This document shows, piece after piece, positions 1 through 8,553 of a stretch of 57,797 bases of DNA; position 1 is the stretch's first letter; every line of letters begins with the position of its first letter. A program made the position numbers and the translations under genes. The stretch lies in NCBI GenBank assembly GCA_041737125.1, contig JBGSSJ010000015.1, forward strand, positions 1 through 57,797, written 5' to 3'. The notes beneath the pieces are model-generated. The model ran no database searches. It saw only the letters and a program-made list of their open reading frames with translations, and had not been told where the DNA came from. Source of the DNA: Minisyncoccia bacterium. GTDB taxonomy: Bacteria > Patescibacteriota > Minisyncoccia > Phycocordibacterales > UBA9973.

Positions 1-13
1 AGTCCGCATTGTA

Positions 14-280
14 TTCGCATATTCCGTCCTTTTCCTTTGGAAAAGCTCCCCGCGAGGCGTGGAGGCGCTTTAGCGCACGGATGTGCGATTAGTCATTTGT
101 TTGGAAAAAAGTTCGCGCAAATGATATAATTAGTTCACAAAAGCGCGAGTGTGAAAAGACTGGACTGCTCCAGTCTTTTCCGCTTTTGTGAAGACGGAAG
201 CATATTTTTCTAGTAAGAAAAATAGCTGAGTCCGGGGCTGGAAAATTTGTTTTTGACGAAAAACAAATTATTGTGGCTCA
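14..280. repeat. Highly structured GC-rich non-coding element (multi-hairpin; REP/MITE-like or ncRNA)
   Basis: Nested stems: 134-145/181-192 enclosing 153-164/169-180; 203-211/216-224; 244-254/259-269; a multi-branch stem at about 15-88. Confidence 0.6.
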
Positions 281-289
281 CGACGAACC

Positions 290-318
290 TTGACACCACC
301 TCCAATATTTCACATACT
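290..318 (+). promoter_or_regulatory. sigma70 promoter of HD-domain gene (leaderless)
   Basis: TTGACA(290-295)-17 nt-CATACT(313-318), 6 nt before ATG 325. Confidence 0.7.
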
Positions 319-324
319 TCACTC

Positions 325-1065
325 ATGCCACATGAAATACCACAAATCCCGAATTTACCCCAAAAATCAGAAGAACAAGAGAATTTTGAATTCAATAAAA
401 ATCTGCGTATAAAGATAGAACAGCTTAAAACAATACCTCTTGTAAAGGAAGCCTTTAATCTGCTTGATGGTCTATCTAAGAATTTAAAGTATCATAATAA
501 GGCACATACAGAGGAAGTACTGGGTGAGGCTCTATATCTGGGCATGAAGGATGGCCTCTCAGATGAAGATTTACATACTCTTGCTATAGCCGCATCTTGG
601 CATGATGTAGGTTTTCTAGTAAAAGCTAAAGATAATGAAGCCGATGGAGTGCGTATAATGAAGGAGCAAATTGCCGACATGGGTGATGTGGATTTAACAG
701 AAAGAGAACTCGCTATAGTTGAACAGATGATTCTGGATACCAATTTGAAAACGATAGACGGTGTGCCAACGATACAGATTACAGAAGGGGAGTCGAAGCG
801 TTTAGCAGGTTATTTGCTCGATGCAGATGTAGCGAACTTCGGTAGGGAAGACTTCTTTAAAAAAGGTGAACTAATAGCAGAGGAGATAGGAGTTGATTTG
901 AATAATCCACAAGAGAAGCTAGGCTTCTATAGATATGATGTAAAATTATTAGAGAACCACAAATGGCATACTGATGTAGCCCGTAATTCAAAAGAATCCC
1001 AAAAATTAAAAAATCTCCAAATATTAAGAGAAGAAATATCACAACTAGAAAAACAAGCAGCCTAG
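325..1065 (+). CDS. HD-superfamily metal-dependent phosphohydrolase (PDE-like)
   Basis: YHNxxH..V, WHDVG and DAD motifs; start moved from TTG 247 to ATG 325 on promoter position. Confidence 0.8.
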   Translation: MPHEIPQIPNLPQKSEEQENFEFNKNLRIKIEQLKTIPLVKEAFNLLDGLSKNLKYHNKAHTEEVLGEALYLGMKDGLSDEDLHTLAIAASWHDVGFLVKAKDNEADGVRIMKEQIADMGDVDLTERELAIVEQMILDTNLKTIDGVPTIQITEGESKRLAGYLLDADVANFGREDFFKKGELIAEEIGVDLNNPQEKLGFYRYDVKLLENHKWHTDVARNSKESQKLKNLQILREEISQLEKQAA

Positions 1066-1112
1066 GTTTCTACCTTTGCGTCGCCTGTTGAAATCAAAGA
1101 CAAGGTAAAAAC

Positions 1113-1142
1113 TTGCATTTATATATTAGTATATGCTAATAT
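1113..1142 (+). promoter_or_regulatory. ArsR operon promoter with overlapping palindromic operator
   Basis: TTGCAT -35; ATATTAG-N6-CTAATAT palindrome (1123-1142) overlaps extended -10 TGcTAATAT. Confidence 0.7.
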
Positions 1143-1148
1143 GTAATT

Positions 1149-1403
1149 ATGAATAAAAATAACACATACAGAGCATTCGGGAATGAACAACGAGTTAATC
1201 TCTTGAAGTGCTTGTCGAAGCCTAAAAATGTGACCGAGATGCTAGAGTATTGTACTCTCACTCAGTCAGCACTATCTCAGCATCTAAAGGTATTACGAAA
1301 GGCGGAATTAGTGAAGACGCGCAGGGAAGGTAAGGAGGTAGTTTATGAAGTTAGGAACAAAGAAGTGAGCAAGATTATTAATTTATTATTAAATTTTAAA
1401 TAA
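1149..1403 (+). CDS. ArsR/SmtB family transcriptional repressor
   Basis: QSALSQHLKVLRKAELVKTRREGKEVVY winged-helix signature. Confidence 0.9.
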   Translation: MNKNNTYRAFGNEQRVNLLKCLSKPKNVTEMLEYCTLTQSALSQHLKVLRKAELVKTRREGKEVVYEVRNKEVSKIINLLLNFK

Positions 1404-1408
1404 AATAT

Positions 1409-1651
1409 ATGACAAACAAAAAAGTATTAGTGTATTCCACACCCACATGCCCTTATTGCGTATACGCAAAGAATTTCTTTAAAGAAAAGGGTGTAGATTT
1501 TGAAGATATAGATGTGTCTCAGGATCGTGCTCGTGGTATGGAAATGGTGGCAAAAAGTGGCCAAATGGGTGTACCTGTTATAGATATCGGGGGTAAGATA
1601 GTCGTAGGTTTCCAGCCTGCTGTTTTCGAGAATTTATTAAAAGATAATTAA
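1409..1651 (+). CDS. Glutaredoxin-like protein (NrdH/YruB type)
   Basis: YSTPTCPYC, GQMGVPVI motifs. Confidence 0.9.
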   Translation: MTNKKVLVYSTPTCPYCVYAKNFFKEKGVDFEDIDVSQDRARGMEMVAKSGQMGVPVIDIGGKIVVGFQPAVFENLLKDN

Positions 1652-1657
1652 AGAAAT

Positions 1658-2656
1658 ATGATGAAGAATAAAAATATAATATTGGTAGTAGGTATAATAG
1701 TTCTCGCATTGTTTTCGCTATCGTTCTTTGGTGGGGCTACGAAGCTCTTGGCTGGAGATTTCATGGAGAAGTATACTAGTACACAAGATGCCGTTCTTGT
1801 AGATGTACGGACACCTGCTGAATTCACCGCAGGTCATATTGATAATGCAATAAATATCGATATAGGAGGAGGAGAGTCATTTGTATCGGAAATTAACAAG
1901 CTAGACAAAAGCAAGACTTATTTCGTCTATTGCCGTTCTGGTAATAGATCGGGTCAAGCTATAGAGATAATGAAATCAAATGGCATCAAGAGTATATACG
2001 AGTTAAGCGGAGGTATTGTCTCTGATGGAGATACAGTAAAGTTGGTAACAGTAAATAGTGCTGAACCTGAGTATATGGTGGATGCTAGTGATATGGTTGA
2101 TGGAAATGCTCTTATCTCTAATATTAAAAAATCTAAACTATCAGATAAAGAAATAGCGGGGCTTATATTGATGAGAGAAGAAGAAAAACTTGCTCGTGAT
2201 GTATACACAACTCTAGGCAATATTTGGGGCAAGAGAGTATTCTTAAACATTTCTGCTTCAGAACAAACTCATACGGAAGCGATAAAAGTACTTCTTACAA
2301 GATATGATATCAAGGATCCTGTTACAGATGATACTGTTGGAGTCTTCACTTCTAAAGATATGCAAGAGCTTTATAATACACTAACTACAAATGGAAAAGT
2401 GTCACTTACTGATGCACTTATAGTTGGGGCGACTATTGAGGATCTTGATATTAGAGATTTAGAAAATCTTAAAAAAGAAACAACCAAAGAAGATATTCTT
2501 ATTACCTACAATAATCTCCAAAAAGGATCACGGAACCATATGCGTGCTTTTGTTAAAAATATACAAGCAAGTGGTGGTTCATATATACCCCAGTACATAA
2601 GTCAAAGTGAGTATAATGAAATCATTGCTGCATCTCAGGAAAGAGGAAGATACTAG
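1658..2656 (+). CDS. Membrane-anchored rhodanese + DUF2202 (ferritin-like) fusion
   Basis: N-terminal TM; DVRTPAEF..GHI and YCRSGNRS rhodanese motifs; MREEEKLARDVY DUF2202 motif. Confidence 0.85.
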   Translation: MMKNKNIILVVGIIVLALFSLSFFGGATKLLAGDFMEKYTSTQDAVLVDVRTPAEFTAGHIDNAINIDIGGGESFVSEINKLDKSKTYFVYCRSGNRSGQAIEIMKSNGIKSIYELSGGIVSDGDTVKLVTVNSAEPEYMVDASDMVDGNALISNIKKSKLSDKEIAGLILMREEEKLARDVYTTLGNIWGKRVFLNISASEQTHTEAIKVLLTRYDIKDPVTDDTVGVFTSKDMQELYNTLTTNGKVSLTDALIVGATIEDLDIRDLENLKKETTKEDILITYNNLQKGSRNHMRAFVKNIQASGGSYIPQYISQSEYNEIIAASQERGRY

Positions 2657-2760
2657 GATGGTACTGTCCCGTTTTGTCTCAAAATTCTAAAGAATCACAA
2701 AAAGCAAAAAATATTCAAATGCGAAAAGAATAAATAATTAGATTAGAAGAATTATTAAAA

Positions 2761-2796
2761 TAATTAAAACCCCCTCTGTAGAGGGGGTTTTAATTA
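2761..2796. terminator. Bidirectional intrinsic terminator
   Basis: 17-bp inverted repeat taattaaaaccccctct/agagggggttttaatta between convergent genes. Confidence 0.85.
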
Positions 2797-2809
2797 AATT
2801 TCTAGTATC

Positions 2810-4231
2810 TTAGTTCCAGTACATATTTGCCTTTTGAGACATTGTTTTATATGATGTTGTGTTTGGAAGTGAGATGTTGATAGCTCCTGTTGTAAGGTCA
2901 CTATCTGTAAAGATTTTTATTTGTTTTAATGCAGCACGATAGTATGTGTTCTCTGGTGAGAAAGGATTGTTATATACTACAGTCATAACAAATCGTGCAG
3001 TAGTATCTTCATCGATATGATATGCACTTCCTTCTTCTGTTGCTCCAGAAACCATAGTAAATGTATGTGTTGTGTCAGCTAAAACTCCTGAGTGAGAATT
3101 ATGTGATTCTATAAGGTAAGCAATAGCCTCTTTACCATGTATGTGACTATTGTTAGCAAGAAGATTTTTACCAATGTAATAATCCCCACCAAATGAAGTA
3201 ACCTCAAGAGGTATGTTGTAAGTTATTGAATTTGCGTCAGAAGTAACTGTTGATCCCACAATAGAAAGAAGTACTCCCTCTGCTCTGAAAGTTTGTGTCT
3301 TACCAGAGAGGATAGGCATTTTGCTGTATACCTTTAGTACACTGTTACCGAATAAGTTCACTGGATCACCATTTTCGGTTGTTGTCTTGATTCCTTTCAT
3401 TTCTGCTTGTGTAATTGCAAGTGTAAGTTTATCTCCATTATCAAAACTTCCTGGATTGATTGCATTAATATCTGCTTTTACTGTGAATGTGAAAGATTGA
3501 CCAGAGTTTAGAACAATAGAAAGATTATCGAACACAACAGATCCAGAAGTTCCAGTAAGTACTACAACTTCTTCGCTCTCTGCTCCGCCATCAATTGATA
3601 GTGTTGCTGATCCTGTTATTACACTAACACTACTTCCACCTACAGTTTTAAAGTTAAAAGGAAGTGCATCAATAGTTATTGAGCCATTACCTTGGTATAG
3701 CATCTTACCTTTTAGTAGAACTACATCAGGGGTAACAGAGTCATTACTGACTACTATTGTACCTTCTACAGGATTATTCCCCATGTCAATGATATGAAGC
3801 ACTCTTTCTTGGATAGAAAAATTTCCATCAGACAAATCATTTACTTTCGGACCAGTCATCTTTGTTACTCTTACTTTAAAAGCACGATCTTTTGCTATTT
3901 CAGACCATACATCAGCTGTGGGTAACATCAATACTTCAGACCCATCATTTGGAGTACTTACAACTACTGTCTTATTTTTAGCTGTAGGACCATTAAGACT
4001 AACAATATCAATCTTCATGAGAGTCTCTGATGAGATATTACATGTAGACCAAGTTACTTCTACTTCTTGTCCTTCTGAGTATTTCTCACCTCCATTTGGA
4101 GAAAGAACAGTAACAGTAGGAGTGCTTCCTGCACATACTGGCAGTGTTATCTCTGCTTCAGCGAAAGCTAGGTTTTGTGATGAAAAAACAAAACCAAACA
4201 CGAGAACACCTAATATAATTCTATTTTTCAT
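2810..4231 (-). CDS. Secreted Ser/Thr-rich beta-sandwich surface (S-layer-like) protein
   Basis: Signal peptide ..AFA; TVTVLSPNGGE..VTW Ig-like domain; Thr/Ser/Val-rich. Confidence 0.7.
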   Translation of the reverse strand: MKNRIILGVLVFGFVFSSQNLAFAEAEITLPVCAGSTPTVTVLSPNGGEKYSEGQEVEVTWSTCNISSETLMKIDIVSLNGPTAKNKTVVVSTPNDGSEVLMLPTADVWSEIAKDRAFKVRVTKMTGPKVNDLSDGNFSIQERVLHIIDMGNNPVEGTIVVSNDSVTPDVVLLKGKMLYQGNGSITIDALPFNFKTVGGSSVSVITGSATLSIDGGAESEEVVVLTGTSGSVVFDNLSIVLNSGQSFTFTVKADINAINPGSFDNGDKLTLAITQAEMKGIKTTTENGDPVNLFGNSVLKVYSKMPILSGKTQTFRAEGVLLSIVGSTVTSDANSITYNIPLEVTSFGGDYYIGKNLLANNSHIHGKEAIAYLIESHNSHSGVLADTTHTFTMVSGATEEGSAYHIDEDTTARFVMTVVYNNPFSPENTYYRAALKQIKIFTDSDLTTGAINISLPNTTSYKTMSQKANMYWN

Positions 4232-4423
4232 AAATAATTTTAAATATTAATAAACTACTAATAACCCAAACACTACCTTTTTTGACCCATTTTGTCAATA
4301 GCAATATTGAGGTGGGATATAGTACTTCCAGGAACAAATTTATATAGAAAAATGAGGTAATTTTGGTGAATCAAGTAGTTAAATGAATATTCCAGTTGAG
4401 ACGATAATATTATAAGTCGGCAA

Positions 4424-4462
4424 TAAAAAATGGCCGGTCTGCAGTATGTCGCAGGCTCGGCC
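4424..4462 (-). terminator. Intrinsic terminator of orphan 4483-4995
   Basis: ggccggtctgc/gcaggctcggcc hairpin followed by a T-run on the minus strand. Confidence 0.65.
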
Positions 4463-4482
4463 GGTAATAAGGTTGACCACTG

Positions 4483-4995
4483 CTAATGATGGTCTTTTTC
4501 ACCCCTCTTCCATATTCTTTGGAATACATAGGTAACACCTACATATCCTTGGGGTTGAGGAGAGTGATGATTTCCAGGGAATTCAATTCCTAATTCCATG
4601 AATGGAAATATGTGGAATTCGTTCTTCCCGAAACATAGTTTTTTAATGACTATGTTTTTCTCCAGACCAAGTCCGAAGTAATCATAATGATGTTTCTTGC
4701 TGTTGTGGTACACAGCGTAAACATCATATTCCTCCGGGAGCTTTAAAGCCTGAAAAATTTTCAGGTCACTATTTAATGGATTGAAGATAAAGAAACTTTC
4801 CCACTTTCCAAGGCCGAAACCCAGGAAAGGGTAAGCAGTTATATGGGGCTCTAGCTTGCCCCACTTTTCTCCTTCTTCGCGTTCTTTTGAAGGCGAATAG
4901 GAAACTTCGGTGAAGCCAATTGCTCCAACCGAAATATGTTGCGCTTGCCCTGCAGCGCAAAATAAACAGGTTAGGGCGAAAAACAATTTTTTCAT
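4483..4995 (-). CDS. Secreted hypothetical protein, beta-barrel-like
   Basis: Signal peptide MKKLFFALTCLFCAAGQA-Q; alternating aromatic beta-strand pattern; GYVGVTYVF near C-terminus. Confidence 0.6.
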   Translation of the reverse strand: MKKLFFALTCLFCAAGQAQHISVGAIGFTEVSYSPSKEREEGEKWGKLEPHITAYPFLGFGLGKWESFFIFNPLNSDLKIFQALKLPEEYDVYAVYHNSKKHHYDYFGLGLEKNIVIKKLCFGKNEFHIFPFMELGIEFPGNHHSPQPQGYVGVTYVFQRIWKRGEKDHH

Positions 4996-5009
4996 TTTGT
5001 TTTGGTTTT

Positions 5010-5069
5010 TTTTGTTAAGAAAATAATACCAACCTTATAGATAAGATGAGCATTATTTTCTTAACAAAA
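5010..5069. repeat. 18-bp perfect inverted repeat in the leader of 4483-4995
   Basis: ttttgttaagaaaataat (5010-5027) / attattttcttaacaaaa (5052-5069). Confidence 0.85.
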
Positions 5070-5198
5070 CCTTTACAAAGAACATATTTTCGAATTTCGT
5101 CAACACTATACACTATTTTAGGCTTAAATGCAAGGGGTTAAATTTAGATTAGCTCAAATGGGCTTTATTATATATACTGTGAAAGTAATCGATATTAT

Positions 5199-6449
5199 AT
5201 GAAAACTAAAGAAACATACGACGTAATAGTTATAGGAGGAGGCTCGGCTGGGCTTATGGCTGCAGGCGTGGCAGGTAGCCTGGGCAAGAAAGTGCTCATA
5301 CTCGAGAAGAACGCAAAGCTTGGTGAGAAGCTCCGGATCACTGGTGGAGGCAGGTGTAACATTACCAATGCTGAAGAAGATATACATAAATTCCTCAAAC
5401 ATTATGAAGAAGGGGCAGACTTCCTGTACTCACCATTCTCGCAATTTAATAATAAAGATACTTTCAAATTCTTCGAAGGCTTAAACTTGCCTCTAGTCGT
5501 ACAAGCACGCAAGCGAGCATTCCCACATACAGAGAGGGCAGTAGATGTGTACGAAGTACTGAAGAATTATATCGATAAAGGCAATGTAGTGGTAAAGTCA
5601 TCTACGGAAGTTTTGGAAATAATAAAAAGCAAAGATAATAGAAGTATAGAAAGTGTCAGGACGAAGAGTGGCACATACGAAGCACGATCATTCATACTTG
5701 CGACTGGCGGTGTGTCGCACCCAGAGACTGGGTCTACTGGCGATGGATTCGCATGGCTACGTGACCTCGGGCACACAGTGCACAAGCCTACGCCCACAAT
5801 AGTGCCACTACGTCTGTCTGACAAATGGGTACACGTGCTTGCAGGAGTATCGCTCTCATTCATGAAGATAACTTTCTATCTAGAAGGGAAGAAGCAATTT
5901 AGTAAAACAGGGAAGATACTATTCACTCACTTCGGCTTATCAGGCCCACTTATACTAAATAGTTCGAAGAAGGTTGCGGATTTGCTCCATGGTGGCAGTG
6001 TTACCGCCCTTATAGATGCATATCCTGATACCGATCTAGGGACACTTGAGAAGAGGATAATAAAAGTATTCGACATGAATAAGAATAAAGCTTTAAAGAA
6101 TGTCTTCAAAGAGATAGTCCCTGAAGGTACGAATAAAGGAATTGAATTATTATTCTCGAATATTGATTTCGACAAGAAGGTGCACAGTGTCACTAAGGAA
6201 GAGCGTAAGATTATAGTGCAAACTCTAAAGGCTATGCCATTACATATTACCGAGCTTATGGGCTACGATAGGGCAGTAGTGGCTGATGGTGGCGTACCTC
6301 CTAGTGAGATAGATACGAAGACTATGCGATCAAAGCTCTATAATAATCTATACATAGTGGGGGATTTACTACATATAAACAGGCCGTCGGGCGGATTCTC
6401 CCTCCAGCTCTGCTGGACCACAGGCTACGTCGCCGGCAAGAATGCATAA
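5199..6449 (+). CDS. HI0933/BaiN family NAD(P)/FAD-dependent oxidoreductase
   Basis: GGGSAG, GEKLRITGGGRCNITN, ATGGVSHPETGSTGDG, LFTHFGLSGP, GGFSLQ motifs. Confidence 0.92.
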   Translation: MKTKETYDVIVIGGGSAGLMAAGVAGSLGKKVLILEKNAKLGEKLRITGGGRCNITNAEEDIHKFLKHYEEGADFLYSPFSQFNNKDTFKFFEGLNLPLVVQARKRAFPHTERAVDVYEVLKNYIDKGNVVVKSSTEVLEIIKSKDNRSIESVRTKSGTYEARSFILATGGVSHPETGSTGDGFAWLRDLGHTVHKPTPTIVPLRLSDKWVHVLAGVSLSFMKITFYLEGKKQFSKTGKILFTHFGLSGPLILNSSKKVADLLHGGSVTALIDAYPDTDLGTLEKRIIKVFDMNKNKALKNVFKEIVPEGTNKGIELLFSNIDFDKKVHSVTKEERKIIVQTLKAMPLHITELMGYDRAVVADGGVPPSEIDTKTMRSKLYNNLYIVGDLLHINRPSGGFSLQLCWTTGYVAGKNA

Positions 6450-6478
6450 AAAATGCCATCTTGTGAAAACAAGACGGC
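6447..6478. terminator. Intrinsic terminator between convergent genes
   Basis: tgccatcttg/caagacggca hairpin preceded by an A-run. Confidence 0.6.
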
Positions 6479-6581
6479 AAGGTGATTTATTTGTGGTGTG
6501 CCCTCAAACGGACCAGAAAACACCACGGCTTTTAAACTAATTCTACTTTAACAGATAAAAATTATCTGTCAATTATTTACC

Positions 6582-7136
6582 TTACTTTTTGTAAATAGTT
6601 TTTATTACCATCACTCCGATAAATATTGGAGTTACAATAAAAAAACTATTCATTAGTACATAGCATTGGTATGCTAGGTATGCTAATAGCCCATTTGTGA
6701 GGGTATTGATCAGGCTTCTAGACTCCAATGCCGTTCCCCATGGATGAAGGTTGTTTCTTCCTTTCTGCGTGAAAGCTGTTATTGTCATAACAGTAACAAA
6801 AAATGGTCCAGCAATGTTATCCCAAATTTCAGTTGTCTTACTAATTTCCAGTATTAATGGAAAAATAAGAAAACTGGAAATAGTGTGGAATAACAAAAAT
6901 TGAACTTTTTTTGTCATAGCATGGTGCCTGGACAAATCGTCTTTCTTTATATATGACTTGTATATAAAAATATACAGTAAGTATATAAATATTAATTCAC
7001 CACATGCTTGTTGGGTGGGGTGCGTTATATACACGTAAATTGTACATAAGCTTGGTACGGTTACAAATAGAAACTTTGCCAAAGTCTCTAAGATCAAATA
7101 TATGCCAAAAATTATGGCATGAATAAATTTTTGCAT
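6582..7136 (-). CDS. Orphan multi-pass membrane protein
   Basis: 184 aa, several hydrophobic segments; own TTGACA promoter (7183-7188). Confidence 0.6.
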   Translation of the reverse strand: MQKFIHAIIFGIYLILETLAKFLFVTVPSLCTIYVYITHPTQQACGELIFIYLLYIFIYKSYIKKDDLSRHHAMTKKVQFLLFHTISSFLIFPLILEISKTTEIWDNIAGPFFVTVMTITAFTQKGRNNLHPWGTALESRSLINTLTNGLLAYLAYQCYVLMNSFFIVTPIFIGVMVIKTIYKK

Positions 7137-7249
7137 AACATAATTTTTTGGTTTGTATCTAAATTACCATATTTATAACTTATGTCAACTAAGCTTTGTT
7201 TATATATTGTGTGATATAATTATCGTATTATAATAATCAATTAATTTTC

Positions 7250-7600
7250 ATGGCTATAAATATTTTGGGTTTTATCATATTCGGTGCTTACTTTGTTTAC
7301 TCTGGTTTTAATCATTTTAAGAATGAGGCCATGCTCACAGGCTATGCGAAGAGTAAGGGTATACCTTCACCACGTCTTGCTGTATTACTCTCTGGTGCAA
7401 TGATGATAGTCGGAGGAATTGGATTCATAGCACGTATGTATATGGATCAATCTGCTGTATTACTACTAGCTTTCTTGGTGCCTACAACTTTCGTAATGCA
7501 TCAATTCTGGAAAGTATCTGATGGTAATCACAAGATGACAGAGATGATAAACTTCACAAAGAATATTGCTCTTATAGGTGCTCTTTTAATGTTCGTATAA
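7250..7600 (+). CDS. DoxX family membrane protein
   Basis: SGFNHF, MHQFW, NFTKNIALIG motifs. Confidence 0.88.
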   Translation: MAINILGFIIFGAYFVYSGFNHFKNEAMLTGYAKSKGIPSPRLAVLLSGAMMIVGGIGFIARMYMDQSAVLLLAFLVPTTFVMHQFWKVSDGNHKMTEMINFTKNIALIGALLMFV

Positions 7601-7617
7601 CAAATATAATATTTTGC

Positions 7618-8313
7618 ATGAATAATGATGTAGGGACTTTGTATATAGTTGCGACTCCTATCGGTAATCTTGAAGATATGACTCTTCGAGCTATTCGTAT
7701 ACTTTCCGAAGTAGATATTATCTTATGTGAAGATACTCGCACTACGAAGAAGCTACTAGACAAGTATGATATCCATACGAAGACTATGAGTTACCATGCA
7801 CACAGTACGAATGCGAAAGAATCGGTAATTATTAAAATGCTTACTGAAGGGAAGAATCTAGCCTTGGTGTCCGATGCTGGTACTCCATGCATATCGGACC
7901 CAGGAGTACTTCTTGTAACAAATATATACAAAGAGCTCGGTGATGATGCTCGTGTTGTGCCTATACCTGGCCCTAGCGCCCTTATATCTGCATTATCAGC
8001 CTGTGGTGTATCTGCAGCACGTTTTACTTTTCTAGGATTTCTACCGCACAAGAAAGGGAGGGAGACAATATTTAAACAGATAGCAGAGAGTGAAGATATG
8101 TTTGTATTCTATGAATCGACCCATAGAGTAATGAAGACACTAGCATCCCTTGAAGGAGTACTAGGTGAAGGTCGTACCGTGGTGATAGCACGTGAGATAA
8201 CGAAGCAATTCGAAGAATTTGTTCGTGGTACACCGACATATCTCTTAGAATATTTTACAAATAATAAAGAGAAGCAAAGAGGGGAGTTCGTTGTGATTGT
8301 CGCACCTAAATAA
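7618..8313 (+). CDS. rsmI: 16S rRNA (cytidine1402-2'-O)-methyltransferase
   Basis: LYIVATPIGNLEDMTLRA, EDTR, SDAGTPCISDPG, REITK. Confidence 0.95.
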   Translation: MNNDVGTLYIVATPIGNLEDMTLRAIRILSEVDIILCEDTRTTKKLLDKYDIHTKTMSYHAHSTNAKESVIIKMLTEGKNLALVSDAGTPCISDPGVLLVTNIYKELGDDARVVPIPGPSALISALSACGVSAARFTFLGFLPHKKGRETIFKQIAESEDMFVFYESTHRVMKTLASLEGVLGEGRTVVIAREITKQFEEFVRGTPTYLLEYFTNNKEKQRGEFVVIVAPK

Positions 8314-8331
8314 ATAAGTTATAATAAAAAT

Positions 8332-8547
8332 ATGAGAAAAGAAAGATCACTGTTCGTAATAGGATTGCTTATTATTGTTTTACCTTATTCAGGGTTCCCA
8401 TCTTCATGGAGGACATTTATTTTTGCTGTACTAGGTCTATGTGTTGTTTATATTGCGTATTTATTCTATATACAAGCAAAAATTAATTTATCCAAAGACA
8501 GTAATCATAGTAAAACTTTTATTGATAATATAGGAATTGGAGAATAA
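8332..8547 (+). CDS. Small two-TM hypothetical protein
   Basis: Two hydrophobic helices around LPYSGFPSSW; TATAAT 6 nt upstream of ATG. Confidence 0.7.
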   Translation: MRKERSLFVIGLLIIVLPYSGFPSSWRTFIFAVLGLCVVYIAYLFYIQAKINLSKDSNHSKTFIDNIGIGE

Positions 8548-8553
8548 AATAAT

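Noticed and set aside
5079-5092. AGAAC-atat-TTTCG as a second SOS box
   Set aside because: One mismatch in the core, AT-rich context and no repair gene adjacent; too weak
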